64,000 nt of DNA from an uncultured Verrucomicrobiae bacterium (GCA_963726745.1 CAVSDR010000003.1:224001-288000), one strand, 5' to 3'. Numbered from the stretch's first letter, positions 41,728-52,145 are shown. Numbers and translations are program-made. Notes: generated from the letters alone by a model not told the origin.

Positions 41728-42899
41728 CGCGCCTCCTTCCGCGGGCGAAAAATCGCCGCCCGCCAGTGCCACCGCCGGCGGATGATGCGCGGCGGCTGCG
41801 GGACTTTGCGCGCGCTCTCAGCGAACGCTTTTGCCTCGAAGACGCCAAGGCCATCGAGCGCGCCGTAGCCCGCGAGCGCGGAGTGCAAGTGCGGGTGGCC
41901 TTTGATCCCGCGGCGGTGCAGCACGCGATGAGCTGCGCCTGGTCGCGCGAGGCCGGGCAGCCGGCGCACTTCACCTTTCCCCGCTTCCAACCGGGGCATC
42001 TCCTCGAGACCGTGATCTATCGCTGGCTCGCGTTGCTGGAGCTTTTTCTCTCTCGCGAGCTGTCGACGGAGGTTCGCGGCCGGGTCGTGATCAACTTCAA
42101 CGACGCCGGGATCGAACCCGGCCTGGCCTTCTCCGGGAACCGCCCGGAATACCGGCTGATTCCTGATCCCGATTTCTTCACCACGCGCGGCTACGCGCAG
42201 GCGCGGGATCACTTTGCGCGTGCGCCAGTAGCCTGGCGCGACCGCAGCCCGGCAGTTTTTTGGCGCGGGAGTTCGCTCGGCCGGAAGGAGCACACGGCGC
42301 TCGAGATGCCGCGCGCGCGCCTTTGCCAAGTGGCCCGCGACGCGAGCGCGGCGGAATTCGATGTCGGCCTCAGCGAGGTCGTGGATGTCAGTGCCACAGA
42401 GGCAGCGCAGCTTCGCTCCGCGGGCTTGGTCAAGGATCGGGTCTCGTGGAAACGGCTCGCGCAATTTCGTTATCACATCGACATCGACGGCAACGCCAAC
42501 AGCTTCGCCGGCTTGTTCCGCAAGCTCTTGTCCGGCGGCGTGGTTTTCAAAGTCGCCTCGCCGGACTGCTACGCGCAGTGGTATTACCATCGGCTCAAAC
42601 CCTGGGAAAATTTCGTCCCGGTCCGGTCCGACTTAGGCGATTTGCTGGAAGCGATCGCGCGCTGCCGCGAGCAGGACAAACTCGCGCAACAGATCGCGCA
42701 GAATGGCCGCGCGCTGGCGCTGGCCCTTCGCTTCGAAACCGAATTCGCCGGCGCCGTGGCGACGGTGCGGGAAGCTTTCGCCGCCAGCCGGCCGACGGTT
42801 AAACGCTGGCTTCGGACAGCTCGCGCTTCGGCCCGGGATTGGGCGCATTTGTCAGCGGGCTGCGCCACGTTTCCAGCGGCAACAAGCCAATGCCCATGA
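41715..42899 (+). CDS. Glycosyltransferase family 90 (CAP10/POGLUT-like); ends uncertain
   Basis: 'FWRG', 'Y.IDIDGN.NS', 'QWYY..LKPW..FVPV..DL.DL', 'QIA.NG'; overlaps the 3' end of ccsA by ~100 nt. Confidence 0.75.
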   Translation: MSLLTRLLPRAKNRRPPVPPPADDARRLRDFARALSERFCLEDAKAIERAVARERGVQVRVAFDPAAVQHAMSCAWSREAGQPAHFTFPRFQPGHLLETVIYRWLALLELFLSRELSTEVRGRVVINFNDAGIEPGLAFSGNRPEYRLIPDPDFFTTRGYAQARDHFARAPVAWRDRSPAVFWRGSSLGRKEHTALEMPRARLCQVARDASAAEFDVGLSEVVDVSATEAAQLRSAGLVKDRVSWKRLAQFRYHIDIDGNANSFAGLFRKLLSGGVVFKVASPDCYAQWYYHRLKPWENFVPVRSDLGDLLEAIARCREQDKLAQQIAQNGRALALALRFETEFAGAVATVREAFAASRPTVKRWLRTARASARDWAHLSAGCATFPAATSQCP

Positions 42900-44650
42900 G
42901 CAGCACCTGGCTGAGGCAGAAACCGATCAGCCACGGGAAGGCGCTGTCCATGAAGCCGTAGGAATGCAGGCCGATGCCGAGCATGTTGACGCCAAACCAG
43001 GACCACGCGGTCACGACGTTGCCAAAAACAGCCAGCACCATCAGGCCGCGCTGTTTCACCAATCCGCCCCAGCGCGCGTGCAGGATGATTGCGTTCCAGA
43101 GCACGATCAGGAGCGCGCCGTTTTCCTTCGGGTCCCAGCCCCAAAAACGGCCCCACGATTGATCCGCCCAAATGCCGCCGAGGATCGTCCCGACAAAGCT
43201 GAAGAGCGTCGCGAAACAAACGATCCCGTAGACCATGCGCGCGAGGGATTGCGCGGTGGCGCGATCAAGCGAGGAGGTGAGCGCGCCGCGCACGATGTAG
43301 GTCAACGCCAGAAAGCCGGCCAGGAAAGTGGAAGCGTAGCCGAGAGTCACGCAGACCACGTGAGTCGCGAGCCAGCCATTGGTGTCGAGGACCGCGCGCA
43401 TCATCTCCATGGTGTCGCCGTCCATCGAGAGATGGTGCGCGATCAGGAGGGTGACGAAGCCGAGCATGGCCGCGGTGGCGCTGCCGATGCCGTTGCGGAA
43501 AAAGCGCTCGAGAAAGATGCCGAGGAAGACGCAGCCCCAACCGATGAAAACGGCGCTGGAATAAAGATTCGTCACCGGCGGCCGGCCTTCCAGATACATC
43601 CGGGTCAGCAGGCCTAACGAGTGCGCCACGAAGGTAACAACCAGCAAGATGTAGGCGTAGCGCCCGAGCGCTTCCGGCCGCGTGAGCCAGGAAGCGGCCG
43701 CAAGGATGAAGATGAGAACGTAGAGCACCATCGCGCCGTAGAACGGCTGCAGCTGGTTGAAGACGCTTTCGACGTTCGCCTTCCGGACGCGCCCCGGAAA
43801 ATGCTTCTGCAGCCAGGCGCTGTAATCGCTGACCGTGCGGTTAAACGTCGCCGCGTCTTTCGCCTGGAAAGCGCTCGCCATGGTCGCGTAGGCCGTGACT
43901 GCGGGATGGAGATTTCCCTCGGAGAGGAAGGCCACGATGCTGTCGCCTATTTTCCGCCATTGCAGCGGATCGTCGGCCGGTGGCACTGGCGGAATCGGGA
44001 AAAAATAACCGGTTTCCGCGAGGAAGGCGAAGCTCTGCAGCGCCTCGGTCGAGATGCCGCTCTGCATCGGGACTGGCGACGGCTTGACCGTGCGCGTGAG
44101 CTCCTCGATCTGCGCCGCGAAGTCGTCCGTGCCGGAAACTTGCAGGCTGTTTTTCAGCCGATGGTAAAGCGTCAGGCGATCGAACAAGCTTGATGATGTC
44201 GCGCTGGAACGGCGAGCGCACCTGCGTCTCCACTTTTTGCGCGAGCGCGGCCTGCTGCGCGATCTCCTGCGCATGCGGGAAGAGCTCGCGGAAGCTGTAA
44301 TCCTTCCCGCGATCCGGGGACCAGCCGAGCGCCGAGAGCGTGTCGCCATTCCGGATCACGAAGACCTTCCGCAGGTCGGCCTCGCCCGGCTGGAACATCA
44401 GCTCCGTGAGCCAGGCGATCGGGGTGAGCGTTTCCCCTTCGCCGCGCACGGTCTGCTTTCCGTGGATAATAAGCAGCGAGTTCCGCGCGACGGTGTCGAT
44501 CGGCTTGATCCGCCCGTTCAAGAGCACCGGCAGGCGGCCAAATTTCTCCAGGTCGAAGCCGTTGCGCGTCTTCGTCTCGAAGAGCGGCGAAAGCAGGTAA
44601 ACGATCGCGCCAAGCACGAGCCCCCACGAAATGAGACGTCGAGTTCTCAT
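42799..44650 (-). CDS. ccsA: Cytochrome c biogenesis System II heme-handling protein (CcsA/ResC type), frameshift near 44190
   Basis: WWD motif 'WADQSWGRFWGWDPKEN'; 'RPPVTNLY', 'WLATHV', 'GLHSYG'; N-terminal 'GRIKPIDT.AR'. Confidence 0.9.
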
Positions 44651-45814
44651 CGAGCGCGTTTCCTCACGAAGCCGAAAAGATGCATGGAAAATTGCACCGT
44701 GAGCCCGAGCGCCACCAGTCCGCAGGCAAGGTAAGGGATGAGCATCGCGGGATTGCGCACCACCTGGAGGATGGTGGTCTTGTCGTTATTATCGAAGCCG
44801 GCCTGGTAAAAGGTGAAGCCGCGATAGCGCAGCGGATCATTCATCGAGATCAAGACCTCGCGGTTCTCGTTCCGCTCGGGATCGAGCAGGCGGACGCGGC
44901 TGGAGAAATTTTTCGGGATATCGGTTCCGGCGTAACGGTCGTGCTTAAAGTCGAGCAAGGTGAGCCCGAAGTTTTTCGGGAAACGGCGCTGCCGCATGAT
45001 CAGCTCGAAGGTGCGCTCGCCGACGGTGAAGGCCTGCGCGTCCGGGATGGCGTTCGAGACCAGCCACGTGCCTAACGAGCCCTGCACCCCGCTCACTTCC
45101 ACGTAGGCCGCGGTCAGGTCGCGCTCGTCGTCTTTGACTGTGCGCGGGATTTCTGTGATCGCGACGTTGACCCCGAAACCGGTGGTCGCAAGGGAAGGCG
45201 GCGCGGCCGGTTCCTGCGCGCGCATGGCCACGCGCGCGTTCGGAATGAAGCGCCGGATGTTGAGCGTGAAGGGCAACGCCGGATGCTGGATCGTGCCGCC
45301 ACGCGCGAGCAGCTCGCTCCGGAATCGCTACCACCTGGTCAAAGTCCGGGTTGGTCACATCGATGACTGCGAGCTCGGTTTCGCGCGGCGCTTCCGAGTA
45401 AGCCAGCGTCTGGCCTTCATCCATCCGCATCTGAGTTTCGCGCGCGAAGAGGCCGGTGAGCAGCTGGCCCACGAGCAGAAGGATCACGCCGAGGTGCAGC
45501 AGGATGATGCCGATCTTTTTCTTCGTGAGCTGGAACCGCGTCAGGTGCGCCGCGAGCAAATTAGCCAGCAAGACGGTGCCGAGCAGATAGCCGCCGGGAA
45601 GCACCGGAATCTTCCAGGTGGCGCCGTCCGGTCCCCACCAGACCAAAAGGCTCTGGAAGTAATGCGCCTGGACCGCGTGAATCCCCAGCCGCACTTGCGC
45701 GAGCGTGCCCAGAAAAACCAGGAGCATGCCGATCCCCAGGCAGACGACCGTGAGGCGCAGCGAGGCCAGCGCGCGCCAGGGCGAGCGTTCGAAGCGGACG
45801 GTTTCGCTGCTCAT
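44647..45814 (-). CDS. Cytochrome c biogenesis ResB/CcsB-like protein, frameshift near 45310
   Basis: 'LASLRLTV..L......GTLAQ', 'HLGVILLL', 'PKNFSS.V', 'ISMNDPLRYRGFTFYQ'. Confidence 0.85.
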
Positions 45815-45818
45815 TTTC

Positions 45819-46880
45819 TCAGGGAATCTTCAGGCTGCGCAGGAAGTCGGCAAAGGCGCTTTTCTGCGAGAGCACGGTGGCGTCGTCGCCGGTCATCTTG
45901 ATGAACCAGGCATGATCCTTTTCGTCGAGAATGGCGGCGAGGATGCGTTGCTTCTCCGGGCTCTCGCCGACCGGCCCGGTGCTCACGAGGTCGACCAGGT
46001 GAAAGTCGTGCCCGTTCACTTCGAGATGCTCGATCGTCGGCGCGAGCGCCGCTTCATCGACCGGCGGGAGATTGAGCTGGCCGCGCCAGCGATTGACGTT
46101 CGCCAGTTCGCCGCCAGCCGCGCCGCCTAACGAGACCACGGAAACGTCGGCTGTTTTTCCATCCGGCCCGGTGGCGTTGAAGCTGGCCAGGCGCATCGGC
46201 GTGAGCGGTTTCACCGCCCAATTAGACGGCAGGATGTATTGCACCGCGCCTTCCTCGGTCGGCGCAGTGGACGGCGACGCGGGCGCGTTCGTACTCGCGC
46301 CGGCACCGGCGGGGGCGTGCGCGGAATGGTCGTGCTCGGCCACGTGGATCGACCCGAGGAATTGCTCAAAAGCCGCGCGCTGCGCCTGCACGAGCGCGTC
46401 CGGCCCGGTCATCTTAAAGAACCAGGTCTCGCCCTCGACCGGAAGGATGCCGCCGAGGATGCGCTGGCCTTCATTCGCGAGATCGACCAGGAAAAGCTCA
46501 CGACCATTGACCGGCAGCGGCTTCCCGGCCTCGGCCTCGCTCGCGATCGGCGCAAGCTTCAATTGATTGCGCCAGCGGTTCACGTTCGCGAGCAGGCCGC
46601 CCGCTTCCGCCGGAAAGGAAATCACCGAGACGTCGGCTGCCTGGCCGTCGGCGCCGCGCACCGAAAAGCTGCCTTTGCGGAAGCCGCTGGCGGGTTGTTC
46701 CTCCCAGCCTTCCGGCGCGGTCCAATGCACCACCGCCGCATGTCCCTGCTCCGGTGCGGCGGCCGGCGCGCGCGTTTCCTTGGGCGCGCGGTAGACGGTG
46801 ATCTTGTCGTCTCCAGCATCGCAGGCGGCGAGCGCGAGCGCGGCGAAAGAGAAGACAGCGGTGGGCAAAAACGGCTTCAC
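45819..46880 (-). CDS. Lipoprotein with two repeated domains, co-oriented with the ccs genes
   Basis: Lipobox 'LAAC'; two copies of 'P..W...P....R..SF...GG.LANVNRWR.QL.L...WF.KMTG.D..V..Q..AF..FL.S'. Confidence 0.8.
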   Translation of the reverse strand: MKPFLPTAVFSFAALALAACDAGDDKITVYRAPKETRAPAAAPEQGHAAVVHWTAPEGWEEQPASGFRKGSFSVRGADGQAADVSVISFPAEAGGLLANVNRWRNQLKLAPIASEAEAGKPLPVNGRELFLVDLANEGQRILGGILPVEGETWFFKMTGPDALVQAQRAAFEQFLGSIHVAEHDHSAHAPAGAGASTNAPASPSTAPTEEGAVQYILPSNWAVKPLTPMRLASFNATGPDGKTADVSVVSLGGAAGGELANVNRWRGQLNLPPVDEAALAPTIEHLEVNGHDFHLVDLVSTGPVGESPEKQRILAAILDEKDHAWFIKMTGDDATVLSQKSAFADFLRSLKIP

Positions 46881-46917
46881 AGGAGAGGTGAAACTACCCG
46901 TGCGACCGAAGTCGCTG

Positions 46918-48168
46918 TCAAGCGTCCAGGACCAGATCGCTCTTGGGCGCGCCGATGCAGGTGAGGCGCGTGCCCGGCTCGGTCTCGAAGTCGGATCGCT
47001 CGATGTAATCGACCGTGCCGGAGAACACGGCCACCTGGCAGGTGCCGCAGCTGCCGGCACGGCAACCGCTGGGGATGTTGATTCCGTGCGCCTCGGCCAG
47101 GTCGAGGATGCTGGTGTGTTCGCCGCACCACTTGAGGGTTTGCCCGCTTTTCTTGAATTGCACGGCAAAGCCGGTCGCCTCTCGCGCCTCGGGCGAGATA
47201 ACCGCGGCGACTTTCTTCACGCTCGAGGGACCAAAGGTCTCGTAGTGGATGTGCTTCTCCGGCACACCCCAGGCCTCGAGCCCGGCGGTGACGTCCTGCA
47301 TCATCGGTCCCGGCCCACAGAGGTAGAACTCGAAATTATTCGACGGCAGGAGCTGGCGGAAGAGATCGACGGAAATGCGGCCGTGCACGTGGTAATCGCG
47401 CCCCAGTTCGTAGTCTGTTTCCGGGCGGCTCGCGCAGACGTGCAGGTGCACGTTCGGATGCTCGCGCGCGATCCTCTCGAGGTCCTCTTTCATGATGTGT
47501 TCCGCGCGCCCGCGGACCCCGTAAAAGAACCAAATCTCGCGCCGCGAACTCTTCGCGACGAGCTCGTGAAGCATGCTGAGCATGGGCGTGACGCCGATGC
47601 CGCTGCCGATAAGCACGACCCCGCTGCTCGCGGCCGGGTCGAGGTAAAACTGCCCCGAGGGCGCCTTCACATCGAGGATGTCGCCCTCGTGCAATTGCTC
47701 GTGGAAAAAGCTCGAGACCAAGCCCGGCGGCCCGGCGGGATCGCGCGGCGGGATGCGCTTGATCGTGACGCGATAGTGCTCGCGCCGCGGACAATCGGAG
47801 AGGCTGTAGCAGCGGACGACCTGTTTTCCCTGGCCGGGAATGGTCAGGCCGAAGGTGAGATATTGGCCGGGGAGAAAATCTGGCAGCGGCTTCTGATCGT
47901 GCGGCGCGAGATAGAAGGAGCAGATGTCCGCGCATTCCTGCACTTTTTTGGCGACAAGAAATTTGCGCCAACCGTTCCAGGAAGCACCGGCCGCCGCGCG
48001 TTGCCCTCGGAGGTCGCGCAACATCTGCAGCTCCGTCTCGAGCAGTTGCAAACGGAGATCGGCCTGCCGTTTTTGCCCGGCGAGCCGGCGGAGATTGGCC
48101 GAGGTGACCAGCCCGATCTGGAGCAACCCGCCGCCTACGAGCACGCCGCCGAGCAATTCCGTGATCAT
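46918..48168 (-). CDS. FAD/NAD(P)H-binding oxidoreductase with C-terminal [2Fe-2S] ferredoxin (FNR/PaaE/Hcr-like) and N-terminal hydrophobic segment
   Basis: 'RCYSL', 'GLVSSFFH', 'GSGIGVTP', 'YLCGP', 'CRAGSCGTC...C'. Confidence 0.9.
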   Translation of the reverse strand: MITELLGGVLVGGGLLQIGLVTSANLRRLAGQKRQADLRLQLLETELQMLRDLRGQRAAAGASWNGWRKFLVAKKVQECADICSFYLAPHDQKPLPDFLPGQYLTFGLTIPGQGKQVVRCYSLSDCPRREHYRVTIKRIPPRDPAGPPGLVSSFFHEQLHEGDILDVKAPSGQFYLDPAASSGVVLIGSGIGVTPMLSMLHELVAKSSRREIWFFYGVRGRAEHIMKEDLERIAREHPNVHLHVCASRPETDYELGRDYHVHGRISVDLFRQLLPSNNFEFYLCGPGPMMQDVTAGLEAWGVPEKHIHYETFGPSSVKKVAAVISPEAREATGFAVQFKKSGQTLKWCGEHTSILDLAEAHGINIPSGCRAGSCGTCQVAVFSGTVDYIERSDFETEPGTRLTCIGAPKSDLVLDA

Positions 48169-48171
48169 CCC

Positions 48172-49872
48172 CTAGAATTTCAGGAGCAACTCGGAACGGA
48201 AGCCGTAAGCCGTCGAGCGGTCCTCGGGGAAGCCAACGAAGCTGTCGAAGATAAGCACAGAGTGCTGGTTAAGTTTCATCTGGTAGCGGGCGGCCGCGGC
48301 GAAGTTATCCGGCTGGCTCGCGGCGAAGAAATCGGGGGTCTCCGTGGCGATGCGGCCGCCGATTTCAAGGGTCAACTGGCGGTCGGACGAGCCGAGGAAT
48401 TTCTGATAGCCGATGGCCGCGCCGATGGCGTCGTTTGCGCGGTTGCCCAGCGGCGCGCCATACGACCCGAGGCCCTGCGCGGCGAAGAGAATGCCGGTCT
48501 GCCCGAGCGGTCCGCCGCGATCGTTGCCGCGCGCCGCGGAGGAATAATTGCCGATGCCCCAGAAGGCGTTCAGATAGGCTACATCCTTGCTCGACGGCAG
48601 CGTGGTCGAGAACTGCTGGAAAAGAAGCACGCCCGTACTCACCGCAGGCGTCTCGCGGTCGAGCGCCCAGGAGGCATTGACCCGCGTGGTCGAGTTGATC
48701 AAGCCAAGGCGCTGGGTGTTGCCCACGCCGAGGTAGACGCCGTCGCCGCCCGTCTTGGCCTCGGCATTCACGTAGGCGAAGTCGAGCTCGATAGTGTTGT
48801 TCGCGTAATCCGCGGTGTTGAACAAGCCGTAAAGCTTGGCGCTGCTTTCGCGGATGTTGTTGTTCCGATTGAGTTCGTTCCAGGCAAAGATCCCCGTCGT
48901 CCGCCAGGCAGACGCGCCGAGGAAGAAATTCGACGTCCGCGTGATGCCGACGGCGTCGATCACGTCCTCGTTAATCATGATGCCGTCCTGGAAACTGAGC
49001 GGCTGGCGGCCAATGGCGAAGTAGATGTCGAGTCCGCGCTTGTCGTTCGGGTCGAGCCGCGGGAAGAGTTCGCCGAAGTCGCCCTGGAAGAAGAGCGTGG
49101 TCACGTAACCGTTCAGTTCGTTGATCACTTTCTGCTCTGGCGGATCGAAGCGGTAGCCGGTGTAGCGCAACCCATCGCGATCGAGCGGGCGAAAGCCGAT
49201 AAGCAGCCGCTCCGTGGGCGTGAGATAAAGATTCCCGTAGAGGTCGAGCCGATTGGCCCACTCGGTGATTTGCCCTCGGCCATTGTCGAATGTCTGCAAA
49301 GCGGTGCGAGCAGTGCCGAAGACGAGAAAAACTGGCTGCCAGACCGCGCCCGTGGGCGTGACAAATCCCGGGGCAATCGGACCGCGGCCGAGGAAAGGAT
49401 TTTGCCCGATCTCGATGATCGGTTTCGGCCGATCGGGAAAGCCCTCGAGCTGCAACGGGATGGGCTTTTCGCTCAAGGCGCTGCCATGCCCCGCCGAACT
49501 GCCGAAGAGCTCCGCGAGCAGGCCGCGCTTCCGGTGAATCGTCGTCTGCGTGGCCGTCGCTGTGGTGGTCGTGCTGCCGGGACGCTGCACCACCGTTGTC
49601 GTCGACGCCGCCGCCGTGACCGTTGCCTCCGATGCGTGTCCACTCATGGCGGTGCCTTCGGCATTCACCCGTGGGACGTTCTCGAGGTTCACGCCGCAGT
49701 TGCTGCAGAAATTCGCCTCGCCCGGCATGGAACGGCCGCAGTTCGGGCAAACGATGGCACCGGCCGCGGCCAGGAGAGCCGCGGTGGTAACGAAGAAGAA
49801 AACGCTGGCGAGGAGGAGAGACCGGGCGCGGGGGGCCTTCATTGCAGTGTGCTGGCTAATTGCTTCCGACAC
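48172..49872 (-). CDS. Probable outer-membrane beta-barrel protein with N-terminal Cys4 ribbon
   Basis: Signal peptide; CPNC..CSNC; Thr-rich linker; amphipathic beta strands; C-terminal 'YGFRSELLLKF'. Confidence 0.65.
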   Translation of the reverse strand: MSEAISQHTAMKAPRARSLLLASVFFFVTTAALLAAAGAIVCPNCGRSMPGEANFCSNCGVNLENVPRVNAEGTAMSGHASEATVTAAASTTTVVQRPGSTTTTATATQTTIHRKRGLLAELFGSSAGHGSALSEKPIPLQLEGFPDRPKPIIEIGQNPFLGRGPIAPGFVTPTGAVWQPVFLVFGTARTALQTFDNGRGQITEWANRLDLYGNLYLTPTERLLIGFRPLDRDGLRYTGYRFDPPEQKVINELNGYVTTLFFQGDFGELFPRLDPNDKRGLDIYFAIGRQPLSFQDGIMINEDVIDAVGITRTSNFFLGASAWRTTGIFAWNELNRNNNIRESSAKLYGLFNTADYANNTIELDFAYVNAEAKTGGDGVYLGVGNTQRLGLINSTTRVNASWALDRETPAVSTGVLLFQQFSTTLPSSKDVAYLNAFWGIGNYSSAARGNDRGGPLGQTGILFAAQGLGSYGAPLGNRANDAIGAAIGYQKFLGSSDRQLTLEIGGRIATETPDFFAASQPDNFAAAARYQMKLNQHSVLIFDSFVGFPEDRSTAYGFRSELLLKF

Positions 49873-52000
49873 GCTGCGCGTCCGCGACCGCGGGCGGCTT
49901 GGGCGGCGAGCGGAATTGTTCGATCGATTCCGGGAGGAAAGGCTTGAGCGGGCGGGCCAGGATTTCGCGCTCGGTCGGCTTGAAGCTGGCCGTCAACGGG
50001 CCTGGAGGAAGGACAATGGTGCGGTTCCAGAGCGTTTGGGAGCGCTCGACAACCGCGTTGGCAATCGCTTTCGGCGACATGTTGTAATCGAAACCGAGCT
50101 CTGCGATGTCGCCGATTAAATTGACCGGCACCATCTGCGTGATGAATTTCAGATTCACCTTGTAGGGGGTTTCGCCGGTGAGGCTGGCGCCGGCGACCTT
50201 ATAGGACGCCCAGCGAAAACCTCCGGGCGGCAGGACGATGCTTTGCTTGCGCGCGCCATTTGGTCGGGCCAGAAGCGCGTCGGCATTCGTCGCCGGGCGC
50301 ACATAAGGCAACGGGTCGACGCTTTTGTTCGTCGGCAGAATCTGCACGCGCTCGCCGCCGCGAATCAGCGTGACCAGAAACTTCGACTGCAAGCTGAAGA
50401 GATATTTGTCCAGCGGCAGCTTGCGATCGTGCACGTAGCTCGACTCCTCGTCGCGGTAATCGCCATTGGGATCGCGATCGCCAGAAACAAACAGCACCCT
50501 GCCGCGACGGTCCGAGACCGTGACCTGGAGGAAATTCGCGCGCTCCGCATCGAAGCCGGTGGGCGCGCCGTGGCCGTCGGTGCCGTTCGCGACCTTGACC
50601 CGGAAACGCAGGCCGCGCGCATCGTTTTGCTCGACCACGAAGTCGTGCAACTGGAAGCCGCGCCGCAGGATTTGGTAGCGCTGCAAATTCGCTTCTTCGA
50701 GCTTGGCAAACTGATCATCGAGAATGGCCCGGGCGTCGTAGCGATCGTCGATCGATTGCCAGCGCGGGGGGAACTTTGTATCGGTAGGCGCTTTCTTTTC
50801 GAAGGCGTCCGTGCCCCATCCGGCGCGGTAATCGAACTGCAGCCACTCCCGCATGGTCGCGAGCTGCTGCGCCTTTACGTTGAAGGGGAAAAGGCCTGGA
50901 TGAATGATCGAGTAATCCGGGCCCGCGAAACGGTGATCGGTTAACTTGCGAGCAGGCGTTGGCTTTTCGCCCACGACCGCAGCGGGTCCGAAGGCGTAAC
51001 CGGACTTGATCCCGGGCACATTCCCCATGTGGCAGTCCTGGCAGGTTTCGCCGCGCTTGTTCGCTGGCGAATTCTTGAATTGCGAGAAGGCTTCCTCGAG
51101 GCGGAAACCGTTGAGCAGATTCACATCGTGGCAGGACCCGCAGAAGCCGGATTTCTCGAGCGGATCGAATTTGATCACGTTTGTGTGGATGGCGCGGCCG
51201 ACTTCGCCGCGCTTGGTCACCACCTGGAATTGATCGGGCTGCGCGAGCACACCCTTGAGAATGCGATTGCCCTTCGGTCCGTAGACCGGCTCGAGCAGGT
51301 CGCCTTCCTGGATCGCGGTGCGGCCGCTGACCTTGCCATAGTCATTCTTTACCCGGTGGCAGACGATGCAACTGATGCCTTCCCGCGAGGTCGGGTTGCG
51401 GTCCATGTTGCTGGCAAAAATCGGTTCCTCGATCTGCATTCCCACCTGCGTGTGGCAGCGAATGCAGAAGTCGCCGTTCGTGCCCGAGGTGCGTTTCGCA
51501 ATCGTCGCCTGCATGGTGTTGAAGATCGGGCTGAGCTGCGCGTAGGCGTGCTGCGAGACGGACCATTGGCGGAATTGCGTGGGATGGCAGGTGGCGCAGG
51601 TCGAGGCCGAGGGGAACTTGTTTTCCACGAGTAATTGCGCGTGCGCCGCGGCGGCATTCGTGGTGCCTGCGCCGGTGCGGGCAATCGCGCCCGCGGGCGG
51701 CGGGGTCGCATTCGGCACAAGCAGGAGATCGTCCGGCATCCCGACCGGGGCGTCGTTCCCGCCGGGCAACAAGAGATCGTCATCGGAGGAAGCGGCGGCC
51801 CCGCTCTTGGCCGCCGGCGCCGGAGCCAGGAGATCATCGGCATCTGCGGTCGCCGCCGGAGTCGGCGTGGGCGCGGGTGGAGGCGTCGCCAAATTTGGCA
51901 CCGCGATTTCCGGTTCCTGACCCCGGAGCATGGGCTGTCCAGCCCCAACCAGAAGCACCAGCAGGAACACCGCAGCGAAAGAACTGCGCCGCGCTTTCAT
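49856..52000 (-). CDS. Periplasmic pentaheme c-type cytochrome (c554-like N-domain, large C-terminal domain)
   Basis: Signal peptide; CATCH, CIRCH, CIVCH, CGSCH, CQDCH; 'QWSVSQHA'. Confidence 0.9.
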   Translation of the reverse strand: MKARRSSFAAVFLLVLLVGAGQPMLRGQEPEIAVPNLATPPPAPTPTPAATADADDLLAPAPAAKSGAAASSDDDLLLPGGNDAPVGMPDDLLLVPNATPPPAGAIARTGAGTTNAAAAHAQLLVENKFPSASTCATCHPTQFRQWSVSQHAYAQLSPIFNTMQATIAKRTSGTNGDFCIRCHTQVGMQIEEPIFASNMDRNPTSREGISCIVCHRVKNDYGKVSGRTAIQEGDLLEPVYGPKGNRILKGVLAQPDQFQVVTKRGEVGRAIHTNVIKFDPLEKSGFCGSCHDVNLLNGFRLEEAFSQFKNSPANKRGETCQDCHMGNVPGIKSGYAFGPAAVVGEKPTPARKLTDHRFAGPDYSIIHPGLFPFNVKAQQLATMREWLQFDYRAGWGTDAFEKKAPTDTKFPPRWQSIDDRYDARAILDDQFAKLEEANLQRYQILRRGFQLHDFVVEQNDARGLRFRVKVANGTDGHGAPTGFDAERANFLQVTVSDRRGRVLFVSGDRDPNGDYRDEESSYVHDRKLPLDKYLFSLQSKFLVTLIRGGERVQILPTNKSVDPLPYVRPATNADALLARPNGARKQSIVLPPGGFRWASYKVAGASLTGETPYKVNLKFITQMVPVNLIGDIAELGFDYNMSPKAIANAVVERSQTLWNRTIVLPPGPLTASFKPTEREILARPLKPFLPESIEQFRSPPKPPAVADAQRVGSN

Positions 52001-52145
52001 TTCTCCGAGGCTGCTCCTTTTCGCGGCTGACCGTCAATGCGAAAGGATGCGTGATAATGCTTGCCTCCGCGGAGCGGGCTTGTTCATCCTCAAAAGGTCA
52101 TCGGCGACAAAACAGGCCGGTCGCTGAATCCCAGGGAGATCTTCT

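Noticed and set aside
3133..45320. Frameshifts in the ABC ATPase (~3155), dsbD (~8800), M28 peptidase (~14140, ~14775), putA (~18414), ccsA (~44190) and resB (~45310) as pseudogenes or programmed frameshifts
   Set aside because: Both halves keep intact motifs, with no in-frame stops or decay and no shared slippery site. Scattered small indels, one in a (CG)n run, fit long-read consensus error better. Read inspection would settle it.
46798..49947. 1049-aa plus-strand ORF and other long antisense ORFs (e.g. 53343..54896, 27469..28893, 58055..59389)
   Set aside because: Shadow ORFs opposite well-supported genes, expected in GC-rich DNA; no motifs
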